Shown in pieces: positions 24,881 to 39,700 of a DNA stretch of 64,000 bases. The DNA lies in the NCBI GenBank assembly GCA_051530055.1, contig CM121341.1:8472784-8536783 (forward strand), written 5' to 3'. The notes under the pieces were generated by a model that worked only from the letters and a program-made list of their open reading frames with translations, was not told the DNA's origin and did no database searches. Position 1 is the stretch's first letter, and each line of letters opens with the position of its first letter. Position numbers and translations under genes: made by a program. Source of the stretch: Neoechinorhynchus agilis. Lineage: Eukaryota > Animalia > Acanthocephala.

Positions 24881-25911
24881 AAAGGTTTGAGACCGAGTAG
24901 AGCGTTTATCGGGTAGGATTAATGAGATTTTTATGCTCACAAAATATTAAATATAGGATATTTTAACGGATTTTCTACCAATCACTCAAGATCTTAACTG
25001 GTTGTGTTTCGTACATCGTTAAATCAACAACAAAAAATGGTTATTTTTTAGAACTTCTTTTTTATACTAATTAAAGAAGCTAAGAAGTTGTATCATTTAG
25101 GACTTAGTTTCATTTAAAACACCGCAGCTTGTAGTAGCGATGGTAGACTGGTGATTTTCATTAATACTCGCTAAATTGTCTCGTGAATAATATTGATCGT
25201 TTAAAAATTGAAAGTGATGTAGCGCTCGTTCCAACCGCGGATGTGGAAGGTCCACGGCTACTCCAAATATGTGTTTTTGGAGAGCAGTTCCATTTTTAGT
25301 GTGGTTCCTTTTGTTTCCTTTCGACTATTGTTGTTTTTACGATATATGAACCCATAGTTCCTTTCATAAATCGACGTTAAAGGTTTTTATTTATAAATCA
25401 AGGAACTATTTCAACACTTAATTGTTGATCTCGATCGTGTTCGTGATGTAAAATAGTGCAAATTGCTAGTGGCAACTCACCACTGTCTTATATTTGTTCA
25501 ATAATCTGATTCGGTTTGCAAATTCACGCTTTTAGGAAAAGTACCATTACCAGTTTGTTATCAAGCAAAATTAGATTTTTAATTTGATATTTAGTGGCAA
25601 TAAAAGACTTTTTAAGTGTCTTCCTAGATTTGAATTCTTGACAATTACCAATTTAATTCATAACCTAAATCTTAGACTCTCGCGTACTTTTTTGGGCGTA
25701 TTACAAAAAAATTTGGTTTCAGAATCGTACAAAAGGGATTTTGATTTATCTCATTGGTTTAGTTATGTAAGCAACCTCATTTACTTTTTCGTATGCCCTG
25801 TTGTGCTGCTGCTGTCCATATACAACAGCGTGGTTAATTCTTGAATGACTCACCATTGTATTTATTGAGTTCATTTAACCTTTTTCAGATCACAAAAAAG
25901 GTGTCCAGACA

Positions 25912-26705
25912 ATGAGATTCTTCAATACAATAAGGGCATCTAAACAATCTCGTCGTTATTTGTCCAACCTAATGCAGTCAGCTCTCCCGGATGAGTTTGA
26001 ACCACTTGAGGTTTTATCCGTTCCCCAACATGAAGAAACACAGACAAGTTTAAAATTTAAACTAAACCTAGAACCTCCAATCTCGTCCTACGAGCTTCAG
26101 AACACCCGTAAAATCATCGGTGCATTCGCATCGATCAATCACTTTTGTTGGAGTACTTCGGATCTCTTAAATAATGAATTTAGCGAATTTAGGTTTATCG
26201 AGACAAAGAAAGAGGATTTTTTGGTTTAGGAACTTGGGAGAAAATCAAAAATCTTCTGCACTTAGACCTCGTTACGTCCAGTAAATCACACGGTCTATAC
26301 CGATCGATCAGTCAAGCAATCGACTATATGAATATCGACAACAACACCGTTGTCGTTCTTCAAACCTTGGCATCCCGAGTAAATAAGCATTTTGCTGATT
26401 ATTCACTAAAGCTCTCAGTGAACAACGCAACGCTTCATGCTCTTATTATGGAAAGGTATTGTCCCGATCAAGTTCATTTGTTAGACGAGAAGCAAGTTGC
26501 CAAGAAATTCAATCTTCTAATTGGTCACGAGCCAGTGTCTTTCCGGGACTCAATAAAGCAAGAGTTCGCCAACAACGATCATTTGTATGGAATTTTCGTG
26601 CCTAGACAATTGAGACAATTCTTTGTTGAACAAAAACCTTTCCTACAAGAACCACTCGCAAAGTGCATTTTGTCCAATGTTTGTGTCCGAAAACATTTTA
26701 AATAG
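25912..26705 (+). CDS. Uncharacterised multi-exon protein, possibly mitochondrial
   Basis: ORF 25912-26170 joins plausibly to a long open frame VYRDKERGFFGLGTWEK...RKHFK (26193-26705). The N-terminus MRFFNTIRASKQSRRYLSN is basic and acid-free, like a presequence. It may continue to about 27045. Confidence 0.5.
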
Positions 26706-29035
26706 TACGATGATTGAGGTAATGGCAAAGAGGAGGTAAATGAAAAACGGGTTGTACTCCTCTCACATTATTATTGATTTTATTTCGCGAATTTGTCTTA
26801 GAATGCTTAGAATGATTTTGCCATTTAACGTCAAAATCGGTAAAAACAATTTTTTCTTATATATTAAGCGCCGTAGCATTTTAGGAGATGGAACATTTCG
26901 TTTCCATGATTTCCATTGTCGCTTTTATTAGAGCAACCGTGAAAGATCGATGTATATTTACGCTGCTATTGATATCTGGCATCTTTACGATGCTTTTTCA
27001 GTGAGATACCACTTTATGGAACATCAATCATTCAAAACCACCATGTAAAGGTGAAACTTATTTTTATTTTATGCTCACTGCATTATGTTTCATGTTAACA
27101 TAACGTTTTAGATACTTTGTAGATAAATCATAGTGAGAAAATAGTTCGAGATTATAGAGTTTTGGCGTGTTCATATTCCCCTCTTCTCCAACGGATAAAA
27201 CCATATTTTTTATTCATGATATTTCAAAAAATAAAGTATCATCAATCACCTACAAAAAAAAGGTTTTAGTTGTTTTGCATGGCTCGGGTTAGCGAGATCC
27301 TTTAAGTTCACGGACCGAAATGTCCACTCCCTACGTCGATGTTCGGTAGCGCATTCTAAGATTTTTCTCGTTAACAAAATAACTACGAACCTTTTTGGAT
27401 AAACAATGAGGTTTGCTCTTTCGAAAAATCTTGAATAAAATATGTGTTTTATCCGTTGGAGGTTAGGGATTATGATCATCACATTTCTAACTTATTAGAT
27501 AAGAGAGCTCAACGATTTGAGTGACGGAAATAAAACCTTTCGATTGGGACTAACCTTTGTTTTCAAAAGCCACTTCTATGAGATATAGGAGAAATGTGGT
27601 AACCCAATCACAGCATCGCTTCCATGTCTCGCTGTCTTGAAGAAATAACTTTTCCTGTTAAGAAAGAGTAGGAACTTCTTGTCACCCGTCAGACCGTCTA
27701 ACATCGAGTCAACGCAGAATACTGTGCTCTGAAGTATTTAACGTCTACTCAGAAATGTATATGTTTTGTCAAATGACTTGGAGACCGATCATTTTTTAGG
27801 CACGAAAAAGTTTAAATTTTACAATGAATAAATTAACGGAATCGGCGCAAAAGATACCTCGACGTTTCTTAGAATCGTTTGTGTATTTTTCTCATAGAAT
27901 GTTCATAAGGCTGTCCACTTTCTTGTTTCATGAACGATTAAGCCTTTTTCAGACACAAATTGTAAAAGTTTAATCAGAATTAATGATTCGGCTGTCTTCG
28001 ATGCATTGTACCATTCGCCGAAAATGGCTCAATTTTAAAAATGACATTTCCAGAGGCACCGAGCCGTCTTAATGGGACAAAATTCCATTCCTGCGTGTTT
28101 AAATGATCTTCAGCAATCCAGAATGACACATTTTGTAGCTATATGGCAAAAGTTTATGTTTCCACTAATGGAAAGAGAACACGACAGTTTAGCTGAATCC
28201 TTCTATGAATGGTGCTCAAAATCCAAAGCTGCTTTCCTGTTGTTGTTTTTTCATTGCTTAGAAAAAAAAAGAACTAAGCTCTATGTTGTAACCTTTTTAG
28301 TGTTAAATTTGCTCGTTCGTCCACAAACCCAAGTTTTTGTTTGGAAATAGTGGACCAAAAAGCGAGTCCATTCGTTTTGTGTACGATTCTTTTTCTCATT
28401 GACAATGAACGCTTTTTTGTACACTATCGCGCAAATACTCACACGTAATCGTGAGCCCTATCGTTCCGTTGTTTTTGTCTTGCTTTCTCGGTTTTCGGCA
28501 CACACACAGCCAAGATGATCGACATTTGTTCGCTTGCTGCCTTAGGAGCCACCATGGTTCCGTCGCTGCCACTACCTCCATCTTACGCAACCGTTTTTTC
28601 TCTTTGGTGGTGGTGTTAGTTGAAATGCAGCTTGTTCGATTTTCTGTATACGGCGCGAAACCCGGCGGCGCAATGGTTACAACAAGTTGCAGCAGCAGCA
28701 GCACTACGTGTCGGTGCCACATACATCCTAATTGGAACCATGAGAAGGAGCGGTAGTTGCGAGTTAGCGGTAGGAAAGGGGATTCGGAACGGTTTTTGCC
28801 TGATGCAAAAGCGTACGGTACGCCTAGTTTGTGTGTTTTCGCCGGCATCGTTTCTGTTCGCCTAACAAAAAAACCTACTCCATCCGGACACTTTCTCGTG
28901 GCTCTCTCATGGACATCCAGTGCATTGCCTAGATCGCTCTGCCAACAACACCAACATTGTAGTGGAGAAAGTCTCAGCTCCAACGCAAAGGCTTCAAATA
29001 TACTGATCGCCCTTTTTTTTGAAATCATATTCATT

Positions 29036-30425
<1,390 letters not shown>

Positions 30426-31680
30426 TCTCCTCTGGCTTGTACCACAGAGTGTGTGAGATTGCACAGAAATCAAGGGAGATCATCGGTGATGCACCAAAAC
30501 CCTTCTTTATCCTGCTCCTGTCAACACGTTAAGACAAATCGCTCTTGTTAAAATCTCGAATGGCAGTGCGAGAGAACCAGTGGCTGACGAACCTGTTTCT
30601 CTCTCACACCAGCTATTGTCTAAATTTTCAAATACAACCCTCTTATTTAACACTGGAACAATTATACAATCTCCAATGTGTGCGAGGGAGAAACTATCCG
30701 GTACCATGAGTGCTCACACACACACACCAAAAAAACTAACCCATGAAAAGCCACTTACTTGTCAACATAAGAGAGAGATTAAACATTCGCCTTTTATGCC
30801 TCAGGAGGTGGCAATCGGGAGAACTTTCCGAGCTAAACGCTAAATCGATTAGTGAGCTATCAAAAATTAAAAAAAAACATCAGCTAGCGATTTTTTTTAA
30901 AAAACAATCCCAGTTTTGGATTATTTCTTTTCGGTACAATTGTAGTGTTTTGCTTCAAAAAAATGACATTGAGAAAACATTCTTTTTACCAAAGAATATT
31001 TAGTGCTCTTACAATGGTCAAATACAAACTACCTTTTTCTTACTTTTCAACTAATTCATGCACTAAGTCGAAGTTCGATCTTCCCCAACCCACACCAAAA
31101 AATATCTGTCCATTAAACTCGGATTTTTCTACCAAGTGCACTACGATTTGTTTAACAGTCTACATTTCAATTCATATCCCAATGATTTCTTTTTTACCCA
31201 AGTTATATTTATTTCCTCGAGCCATCTTCAACATTTTCTGAACTTTCTCGAATCCCATAAGCAAAACTACTCTTAACAGCCTCGTTGAAAAAACAGCTTA
31301 ACATAAGCAATGTGAGTGAAAGGAAACAATTCATCCGCCGTTCAAAAGCTACGTATCGCTAGCTCGATTAAATTTTGTGGAACGATTAATGCCCGTGGAA
31401 TTATTGTTTAGACGTCTACATCCGCGGTAAATGATTATTAGATTAAAGACGTTCTTTGAACCTCGTCGGGTTCATCATCCTTTTTATTTTGTTGGTAATA
31501 GACGCTAGCGGATATTTAATTTTATTGGAATTTGAACAAGAAAATTAATATTCATTCGAAAACCTCGTTTAATAGACATGGAAAAATATATTTTTTTTCG
31601 TAGTTCCCGTGGAGCAATTGTACGTGATTTTTAGTAAAATAAAAAAAGTAGATAAAATACAAACTATTAAAAATGTCGAT

Positions 31681-31922
31681 ATGTGAGGAACTGGGGAATG
31701 TGATTGGAATTATTGTCTAGAAGTCTACATCCGCGGTAAATACTATTTCGATTAAAGATGTTCATCGAACCTCGTCGGGTTCATCGCGTCTATTAATAAC
31801 TAACAAACTGACGATGAAACCAACAAGTTTCGATGAACGTCTTTAATCGAAACGAAATCATTTACAGCGAGTGTAGACTTCTAAACAATAATTCCAATCA
31901 CATTTCCCGGTACCTCACATTA
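31681..31922. mobile_element. Complete foldback MITE with about 100-bp imperfect inverted arms; partial copy at about 31395-31470
   Basis: atgtgagg...gggaatgtgattggaattattg.tagaagtctaca pairs with tgtagacttctaaacaataattccaatcacatttccc...cctcacat. Confidence 0.8.
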
Positions 31923-32066
31923 ATACTCGTATTTTTTCCACAGAATGTGACCCTAAATAACGCGATTTGTTTTAAACAAGAAATTTAATCTACAAAAAAA
32001 TACAGATTGATCAGTATTGCCAAGCGAAGGAGTCTGCAACAATCCATTGATAGCGGCTTATTTCAG

Positions 32067-35000
32067 CTATGTATAGAGCGAGCAATCCCTTGATCGGCAC
32101 AATGGCTCTCCAATATTTGTATCCGAATACGAGCAGCAATCCAACACATTAGCTAGGATACAAAATACGATAGTGAGTAGAAGTATGGATAAAAGTAGAA
32201 AAAGCGTCCATTTGTAGCACCGACTTGACGAAGATTTGACAGTCGAAGTGTTAATTGTACGATCTTTATATCCGGAACAATCTTTTTGATTAATATTGTT
32301 GTCCGATTCGGTGCTGGTACAGTAGCTGTTACTTGTTGATTGAATGTTGTTCAAACCGCAATCGTCATCGACCGTATGCATTTCTCGTGAGAATTCGTTT
32401 AAGTCAGAAGGACCGAGGGAAACTCTACTGTCTTCATGATATCCACTATCAGCTGTGAGATGAACTGATCTGTCGCCGGCTGCATTTTCATCTTCCAGTG
32501 AAGGAGAATCTGTCATATCTGCGTCCGATAATCTATTGTAGGTGATCCACGTACTGCAATTAAGCAATCTATTTAATAAAGTCTTTAAATTTAGAAAAAA
32601 GAATTAAAATTGTACTAGATCATTAAAAATTTGCCTACACTGGATCACCTACTCTACGCGAAAACTCAGTGGATACTTGGATGTCGTCCAAGCCAGAGAT
32701 AAGTCGTTGTGCTGAAGAAGTCGTGTACAATTGATTATTTCTGATATCGTGACACCAACTGATCATTGTATCAAACGATTCGGTCAATCCTTGGACACGT
32801 CTTTTAAGAACGTCAAAACGACTCCTCGTGCATCCTGTTTCGATTTGACTGAGCAGAAATTTTAGGTGTGTTATACGGCCGTGAACACGACTAAGGTCGT
32901 CGAGTTTCGCCTGTAAAAATAGCTTAGAAAATGCATAACAATTATTTTGATTCACCTGTAGAACGCGGTCAAATGTGGATCTATTTCTCAATTGGTCAAG
33001 ATCGCTGTGGTTTTCGAGATTTGACAGATCCGTTTCACATTGAAGCAGAATTCGATTAACTGAATAAAATGTCTGCTCAAATGTTTCCCAGAGCATTAGC
33101 AGGTGAGTTAACTGGGAATGGAACCTCCTAAGCCTAAAATGAAAAAAGTAAACTCCTTCATAAATCTTCAGGTCTTCGTTTCTATCTCTTTTCCAGCGAT
33201 AAAAATGAGAGAACTTTTTAAAAGCCATCGACGTCCTAATTCCAACATTGCAGATCGTTAAGCGACATTTGTTATATTTCTTCATAAAAATGCATATGAT
33301 AAGTATTTCGCTTAATGCGTAAACGTCTTTAGATTCATAGATTAGTGTTCCCTCCCCCAGAAAAAAGATGATCAAATCCAAAATTTACTAGCCCGCTTAC
33401 CTCTCAGCTTCTAGATGAATAGATTGTTGCATTGAATCAACTATATTCTCAACCATCCTGGTTTCGATCAGCGACCACTCATCTCGATCTCTCCTAACGC
33501 TATGGTCCACACGAGAAAGCGATTTCTCACAATCAGACAAATCTACTTCGATAGCTTCCAGTTGTTTAATATGTACATCCACTTGATGACAATTTGAGCA
33601 TTTCATAATATCAGTCCCAGTTGTCAGACGTTCCAATCTACAAGCCAAATCGTTCAATCTTCTGTATGCTGTCTGACATGATGGAGACACCATTGCTTCA
33701 GTTTTTCGCCAGTCAGAGATCAGATCTATTCTCGATGAATGGTAAACTATAGAAACAAAAGACTAAAAAAACCTGACAATGCACGTCGACATCGATTGTA
33801 TTCAGTTGTGTACATGGCATCAGCCTTTTCCTTGATTGAACACTCACTGTTCAAATGACAGTCTACTGTCACGTCAGCCTAAAAATGCGAGGAAACACGA
33901 GTTTGGTGTTACTCAAGATACGTAAGGAACAGAGGAGAAAATCTTCCCGTGGAAGCAATGACAAAAAGGTGTTTATTAGCAGACATACCGGTCTGAATTT
34001 GTTTCTGCCTATTTCTGACGGCTTTGAGTGTACGTATTTTTTCATCATCTGTTGAGAACGACCCAGTTTGATAGGGAACTCTTTTTGGTAGTTTGCATTG
34101 TCAGAATCGATATCCGATGAAGATTGCTAAATGAAAGGATGTCTCAACCTAGAAGGAATAAGTCCCTTACGTCCAATCTATTGGCAAGGTAAACTATAAG
34201 TCTTTTAGGTATTTGAAAAATCACATTATGCGTTATTTGCGGAAACAAAAGATCGTCTGGACCATGTAATTTAAGAAACCCGTGCAATTTTGTTTAAATG
34301 GAACATAATGGTGATAATATATTAGGCAGAACTAATCAAAGATTACAATTGTTAACAGCCTTATTTATAAAATTAAGGTACAAAAATGGATATTTTAGCC
34401 GATTGTCAGATGATTTGTTTCTTTAGGAAATCAAAATTTATTATATAGTGCTCAGTTGCTTTAAATTTTGGATATCCAATTTCCGGCGCTATTTTTTAAA
34501 AACAAGACTATGCAATCTTTAATTTATTCGACAAAAACCATTTACTGGATTAAAAAAATAAAATTTCGTCGCTTTTACTGTGCCCATACTAAATGCTAAT
34601 GTGTTATCAAACGACATTAATTTGTTCACAACAATACAATGGATATCTCAATACTTTACGTAACTAGCAATTTAAATTCATAGATTAGCATTTAAGAATA
34701 TTCGTTTACAATTTTAAAAACGCTGGATGGGTTTTGTTTGAAGAATTAAAAGTCTTTTTAAGTACAGAATCGGTAGATAAAAATTGCTTTAGTTAAAGTT
34801 ACTCGCTATTGGCTACGTTTCAATGCGTATTTTGATTGGACCAGGTTTTTAAATTATGTCTAATTTTTTGATCAAATACCGCTGTTATCATGGCACTGAT
34901 TTTCTCAATGTTGGACAATTCATTGACGAATCGCTTAGATTCAAACCTTTTCTACCCCTCGAATCTAAAAAACATTTTTGTTTTCACGATTACATTTCTA

Positions 35001-35939
35001 ATAATCGAAAAAAATCTCAAATAATCAAATAGAGCCTACTAAATTCGTTCAAAAAAACACAGACCTCATTATCCGGTGGCGGATCATAATAGAACTCAAA
35101 GACTGTCCTGGTCTCTTTTACATAAATGAAATCGTTTCCCGCCTGGTCTAATGATTCCACCATGGATGATATTTTTCTATAAAGCGCTGTGTCTAATAAG
35201 ATAAACGCATGAGCTTTGATACGAATATGTTTCTCTAGATCCAAGTGCAGTCGGAATCAAAGAACGAATTGGTCTGCTTCGTTCTGCAGACTCCGTCTGT
35301 CAACTTAGCACGTTAGGCGTCTATCTGCCTCCTTCTCCTTTATTGTACGTATTGAGGCAACTGTATACGCGCATTGCTCCGAGACTAGGGTGCCAGAGTT
35401 ATATCATTTTGGTGATCGAAATTTTACAACTACTTTGTCGACGAAAGCAGAGAAAACGGAGTGAAAAACGACCAAAGTTCCCATGGGTTTCCTGTAAAAT
35501 TCGGAAAAAAACAGAATTTGCTTGTTTGGAAAACGGGTTGCGTAATGAATCATAAGTTGGGTGCGTTGGGAAGGTGGAGAAAAGTGGGTACATAGAAGGA
35601 TTGATGACCGTGAAGGAAGTTGTCACGCCAAAATCTAACCTTGTTTTTCAAAATCGAATTCTTCACAAACGTCCGATTTCCAGTTGATCGGAACGGACTT
35701 CCTACGTCACATAGATCAGAGGAACTTTCTTCACTCGCATCGTAGTCCCGTTCGCAACTACAAGACATCCTTAAATCGACGAATCGGATTTGCTGCGAGA
35801 TTTTTTCGCTCCATTCGTTTTCTGATTGGCTGTGCTTGCGGTCCATTCGATTTTTGTGCTTGGTGTAATCAATGTTAAGACGCGAATCAGAAATGGTGCG
35901 AACAAGTGTGAGCAAGTTGTCAGGCATTTTTGAGCACAA
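32067..35939 (-). CDS. Spectrin-repeat, tail-anchored protein (nesprin/KASH-like), multi-exon; 5' extent uncertain
   Basis: Spliced exons in 32635-33790 give helical repeats (LWETFEQTFYSVNRILLQCETDL). These are followed by a Ser-rich linker, a single C-terminal TM (WTLFLLLSILLLTIVFCILANVL) and a short Cys-containing tail. Upstream ORFs 35017-35244 and 35550-35939 are assumed to be exons. Confidence 0.55.
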
Positions 35940-36763
35940 TTGTTCTGTTTGTTTTTCTTTTAAATATTGATTATATCGACAATCGATTGTTTCTACTGAG
36001 CTGCGCTCCAGTGAGGATTCTCGAGATTTCGTCTAAATTTAGATGGACATAATTAGAGAGAGAAAAACAGCACTTCTAACTCCCTCCTGGAAAAGGAAAA
36101 TACCTGCTCAAAAGTCCAAAATTCGGGGTCTTCGTAAAGATCGCAACGAGGAAAACTAATGTCGCTGAGAGTTTTTAACTGAGTACTGAAGAGTAGGGTT
36201 AGTTGATGCATTTTTCAATAGCACTCAGTGCATTTATGTTTTACTTGAGTGTACACGATCGAAAATGACGAGGGTGACCTCTAGAATGTCTTCTGAAAAG
36301 GATGCGTGGTTCCTCACGCCCCTGGCAACGGTGACCCCGTGAGTTGTTAACGAAAAAGGCAGGCTAAGGTGTATTTGTAGAAAAGAATATCCTTGTCTTA
36401 TTCCCGGGTCGTCTCAAGTAGTGATCTAGAGAATAAAGGAAATTCGCTTTGTTAAAGGTAAACATTTGTGCATTCAGAAAATGAGCCGGAGATTGAAACT
36501 GGATTCGGTCTAGGAAATGAAGGGACCACCTTTTCGGTAGTAAGTTTATGTAATCAGAAGCACGGCACCGGTGTCTCTGGAGTTACATGAAGTAATCAGT
36601 TACTATATAAGGCTTATAAAAAATTTAAAACGAGCCCAATTAGACTTGCGATGGCAACATGAGGCCTCAAGTGCAGTTCAATGGATTGGAGACGGTATTA
36701 AAAAGGTTTTGTGTTAAAATTGGATGCCAAAATAGCCCATCAGCTATTCAAATCGGCAGCATT

Positions 36764-39700
36764 TTAACTTGTAACATGAAACCAGTAGGAGTTATCGAAC
36801 TGGTTTTTTTGCCTCTTGACGTGAAAAACGCCTAGGACCAAGAGTGAGATGGCGTTTAATTGAAAGCATTGTAGATAATTTGGAACTGATCTCAAAGACC
36901 GAAGTATCAAGTCGCCCACCAAATCGATTATTATCGACTTGCTATTCGCAAATATGATAGTGGCATCACTGCTAAATACTTGTGACTGCTTGGACTTTGA
37001 AGACATAACACATTCCCTGAGAACACTGTCTATAGTTTATATTGTCTTCTTTCAAAGGTCCAGTGTCCGGCTCGTCTACTTGATCATTAACTTCTCTATG
37101 CCGAGCCATTATGACTAGTTTGAATCAATCGATCGCCGTTAGAAACTTTAACACGTGTAGCTGTTGTGTAGACTTTCTAATATTTATCAGACAAACATTT
37201 TCTGCAAATTTCAATGTTCCCAAAATAAATGGTAAACTCTAAGTTCAAATATAAGGACATGGTGACCTTAACTTTCACATCTACTTTCTTTAAAATATAC
37301 CTAACCGGCAATGGTAGATAGTCTCGCGAAAATCTCCATTAATTTCTGCTGACCTTCAAATTGACAGCAGTCTCGACTGAAATCTCCTGTGATGTAACTC
37401 CATAGTGCCTTACAGCCAACAAATCGCCAGTTTGGACCCATCAGGGAAATAAGAGTACTCGTAAAAAGAAAACGATTTTTAGCCACTAATGGTTTACGAT
37501 ACAAGAAATTATCCTCAAGAATTTCCAACGCTAAAAAATAATAAAATTCAAGTCAACTACTTATTTCTGGTACCCCGATTCCAAAATAGTATCGATGAAT
37601 TAATATTCTGATAACAAATTAATCGTTTCATTAATCAAACATTCAAAAGCGGTCCTTAGAGCAGACGGGATTCATAAAAAATCGTAAAAATTTATCTTTA
37701 GAATGAATAAAACACATTTTTCATATGAACATTAGACGAGGAGGGAGATGATCGAAAAATTTATAGGTGAAATACTCGGATCCTTTTTTTCACGAGAACT
37801 TTAAGTGTAAAAAACCACTTTAAATCTTAAATAAATTAAAAAGTATGCGAGAATATATCATTGTGAAGTGCATTTATCAGAATTAGAGTTTTTAAAATAA
37901 TATTATGGAAAGCCTCTTTTCCTAACACCCTCATGTTTATTCCAGATTTATTATCGAACGTAAAATGGGTGTTTTATTTGCTTTTTGCTTCAAATTTTCG
38001 ACGCCTTGCGTCTTCGTCAGGAAGCTTTTCTTCGGTTGTCTGAAAAGGAATCGCTGTCCGTCAGCTCATCCCTCGGGATGCTCAATAAGAGGGATGAGCT
38101 GACGGACAGCGTTGCCCTCCTCTGATTCCTTTTCAGACAACCGAAGAAAAGCTTCCTGACGAAGACGCAAGGCGTCGAAAATTTGAAGCAATAAGCAAAT
38201 AAAACACCCATTTTCCGTTCGATAATAAATCTGGAAGTTTTTAAAATAATAACTCTAAATGTATTCAAAAACACAGAGAAATCCTGTCAATGGTTAACAA
38301 CTTCACACGCTCGTGAAAATATCGCCGCCATAAGAAATGAGGGCATTATTTAAAATTCTTAAACGAATCTGAAAAAAAAGGTAATATTCAAAATTCATTT
38401 GATATATTTTTTAGCGATCAAAACTTATAGAATGCGCTAAATAATTTACCTTTATCGAAAGAAGAAATGATTTTTGGAGTAGACACTCAAGTTCGATTGA
38501 TCGTATCCAAAGGTTTTTCCACTTATTTTCGGATTCCTCAATTTGTTTAGCCAGTTCAAATCGAATCGGCGTGTACTCTTCCAAGCTGTTAATAAGTTTT
38601 CCAATGTACCGATAAATATGACTGAATTCCTTTATCCTTTTTTGAAAGTCCTAATCAAAAAAGGTTTTATTTAAAAGCAGTACAAATGGCTAAGGGACAT
38701 CTAACCTCAATTAAATACACCGATTTTCGAAGCAAAGAGAGATTGTTTTTTGAGTTATAGACATTAAAGAGGCCCAACTCGATCTCGTTTAAATCTCTAT
38801 TGGCGTCTCCGAGCAGGTTAAGAATTTCTAAAAGACGGTCATTTGTGAGAACCAGACTCTTATATTTCATCTCCTGACAGGTAAATACAACTCTGGTAGT
38901 AGTCTAAGTATATGTCTAGAAAAGATATCCAGGTACTTGACTTGGTGTAAACATTCGGACAGCCTGGTACTCGCCTTTGACTATTTCGTTACTAGTTTTA
39001 AAGTCCGTTTGACTAAAAGATCTTCGTAGATTTGGAGCCAATAAGAAGTGATTTGTCTAAATATGCAATGGAAATAACATGACTCGTTTTTGTTCCAGGA
39101 ATTCTTTAAGAAACCAACTCTTTGTTCCCGACTCTTGTAATTATCGCGACTGGTATAAGTCACCTCAAGTTCTAACTCTTGACCAAGATTGTCATCGCTT
39201 TTTGATTTGAGATTAGATAGCAGGCTCTAAACGAAGGCAGCAGTCGTTTGATCTGTCAAAATGACTGAAAACCGTACGGATTCTGAAGACCTACGGCAGG
39301 AGCAATAACGAGATTTCCATTTGTAGTAATATGATAAAGATGCACCCATTTTGGGATTTTATTTCTGAAGATATCGAATTTCAAGCCAGAAAATTACTGC
39401 ATCAATTCGCGGTGACAAATGTTCGTGTTTACCCGCTAAGGTTCTTGGTGGCTATGGTCACAAAAACATTATCACCGTTATTCGCCCGTGAGAAACAGTT
39501 GTTTGTGCAAAATACCCGATTTACTCACACCAAATCTAAATAATCCTTTCATTTGGGCCTATATTTAAAGTTGTGTAATAAACTTTGGGAGCTCCGATGA
39601 CTTGGCAAAGACGAAATTCTCCTTGTCTTTCTATAAGCACTCAACGGGTGTCCTTTTGGCACGCCAAGGATAAGACTTGGAGATGACGAACCTTCTTAAA

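Noticed and set aside
25912-27045. Assignment as mitochondrial transcription factor B2
   Set aside because: Only scattered short resemblances with inconsistent spacing; it needs an HMM search.
27050-28000. Possible small minus-strand gene (ILECATEHRRREW...)
   Set aside because: I could not assemble a consistent exon chain or recognise a motif.
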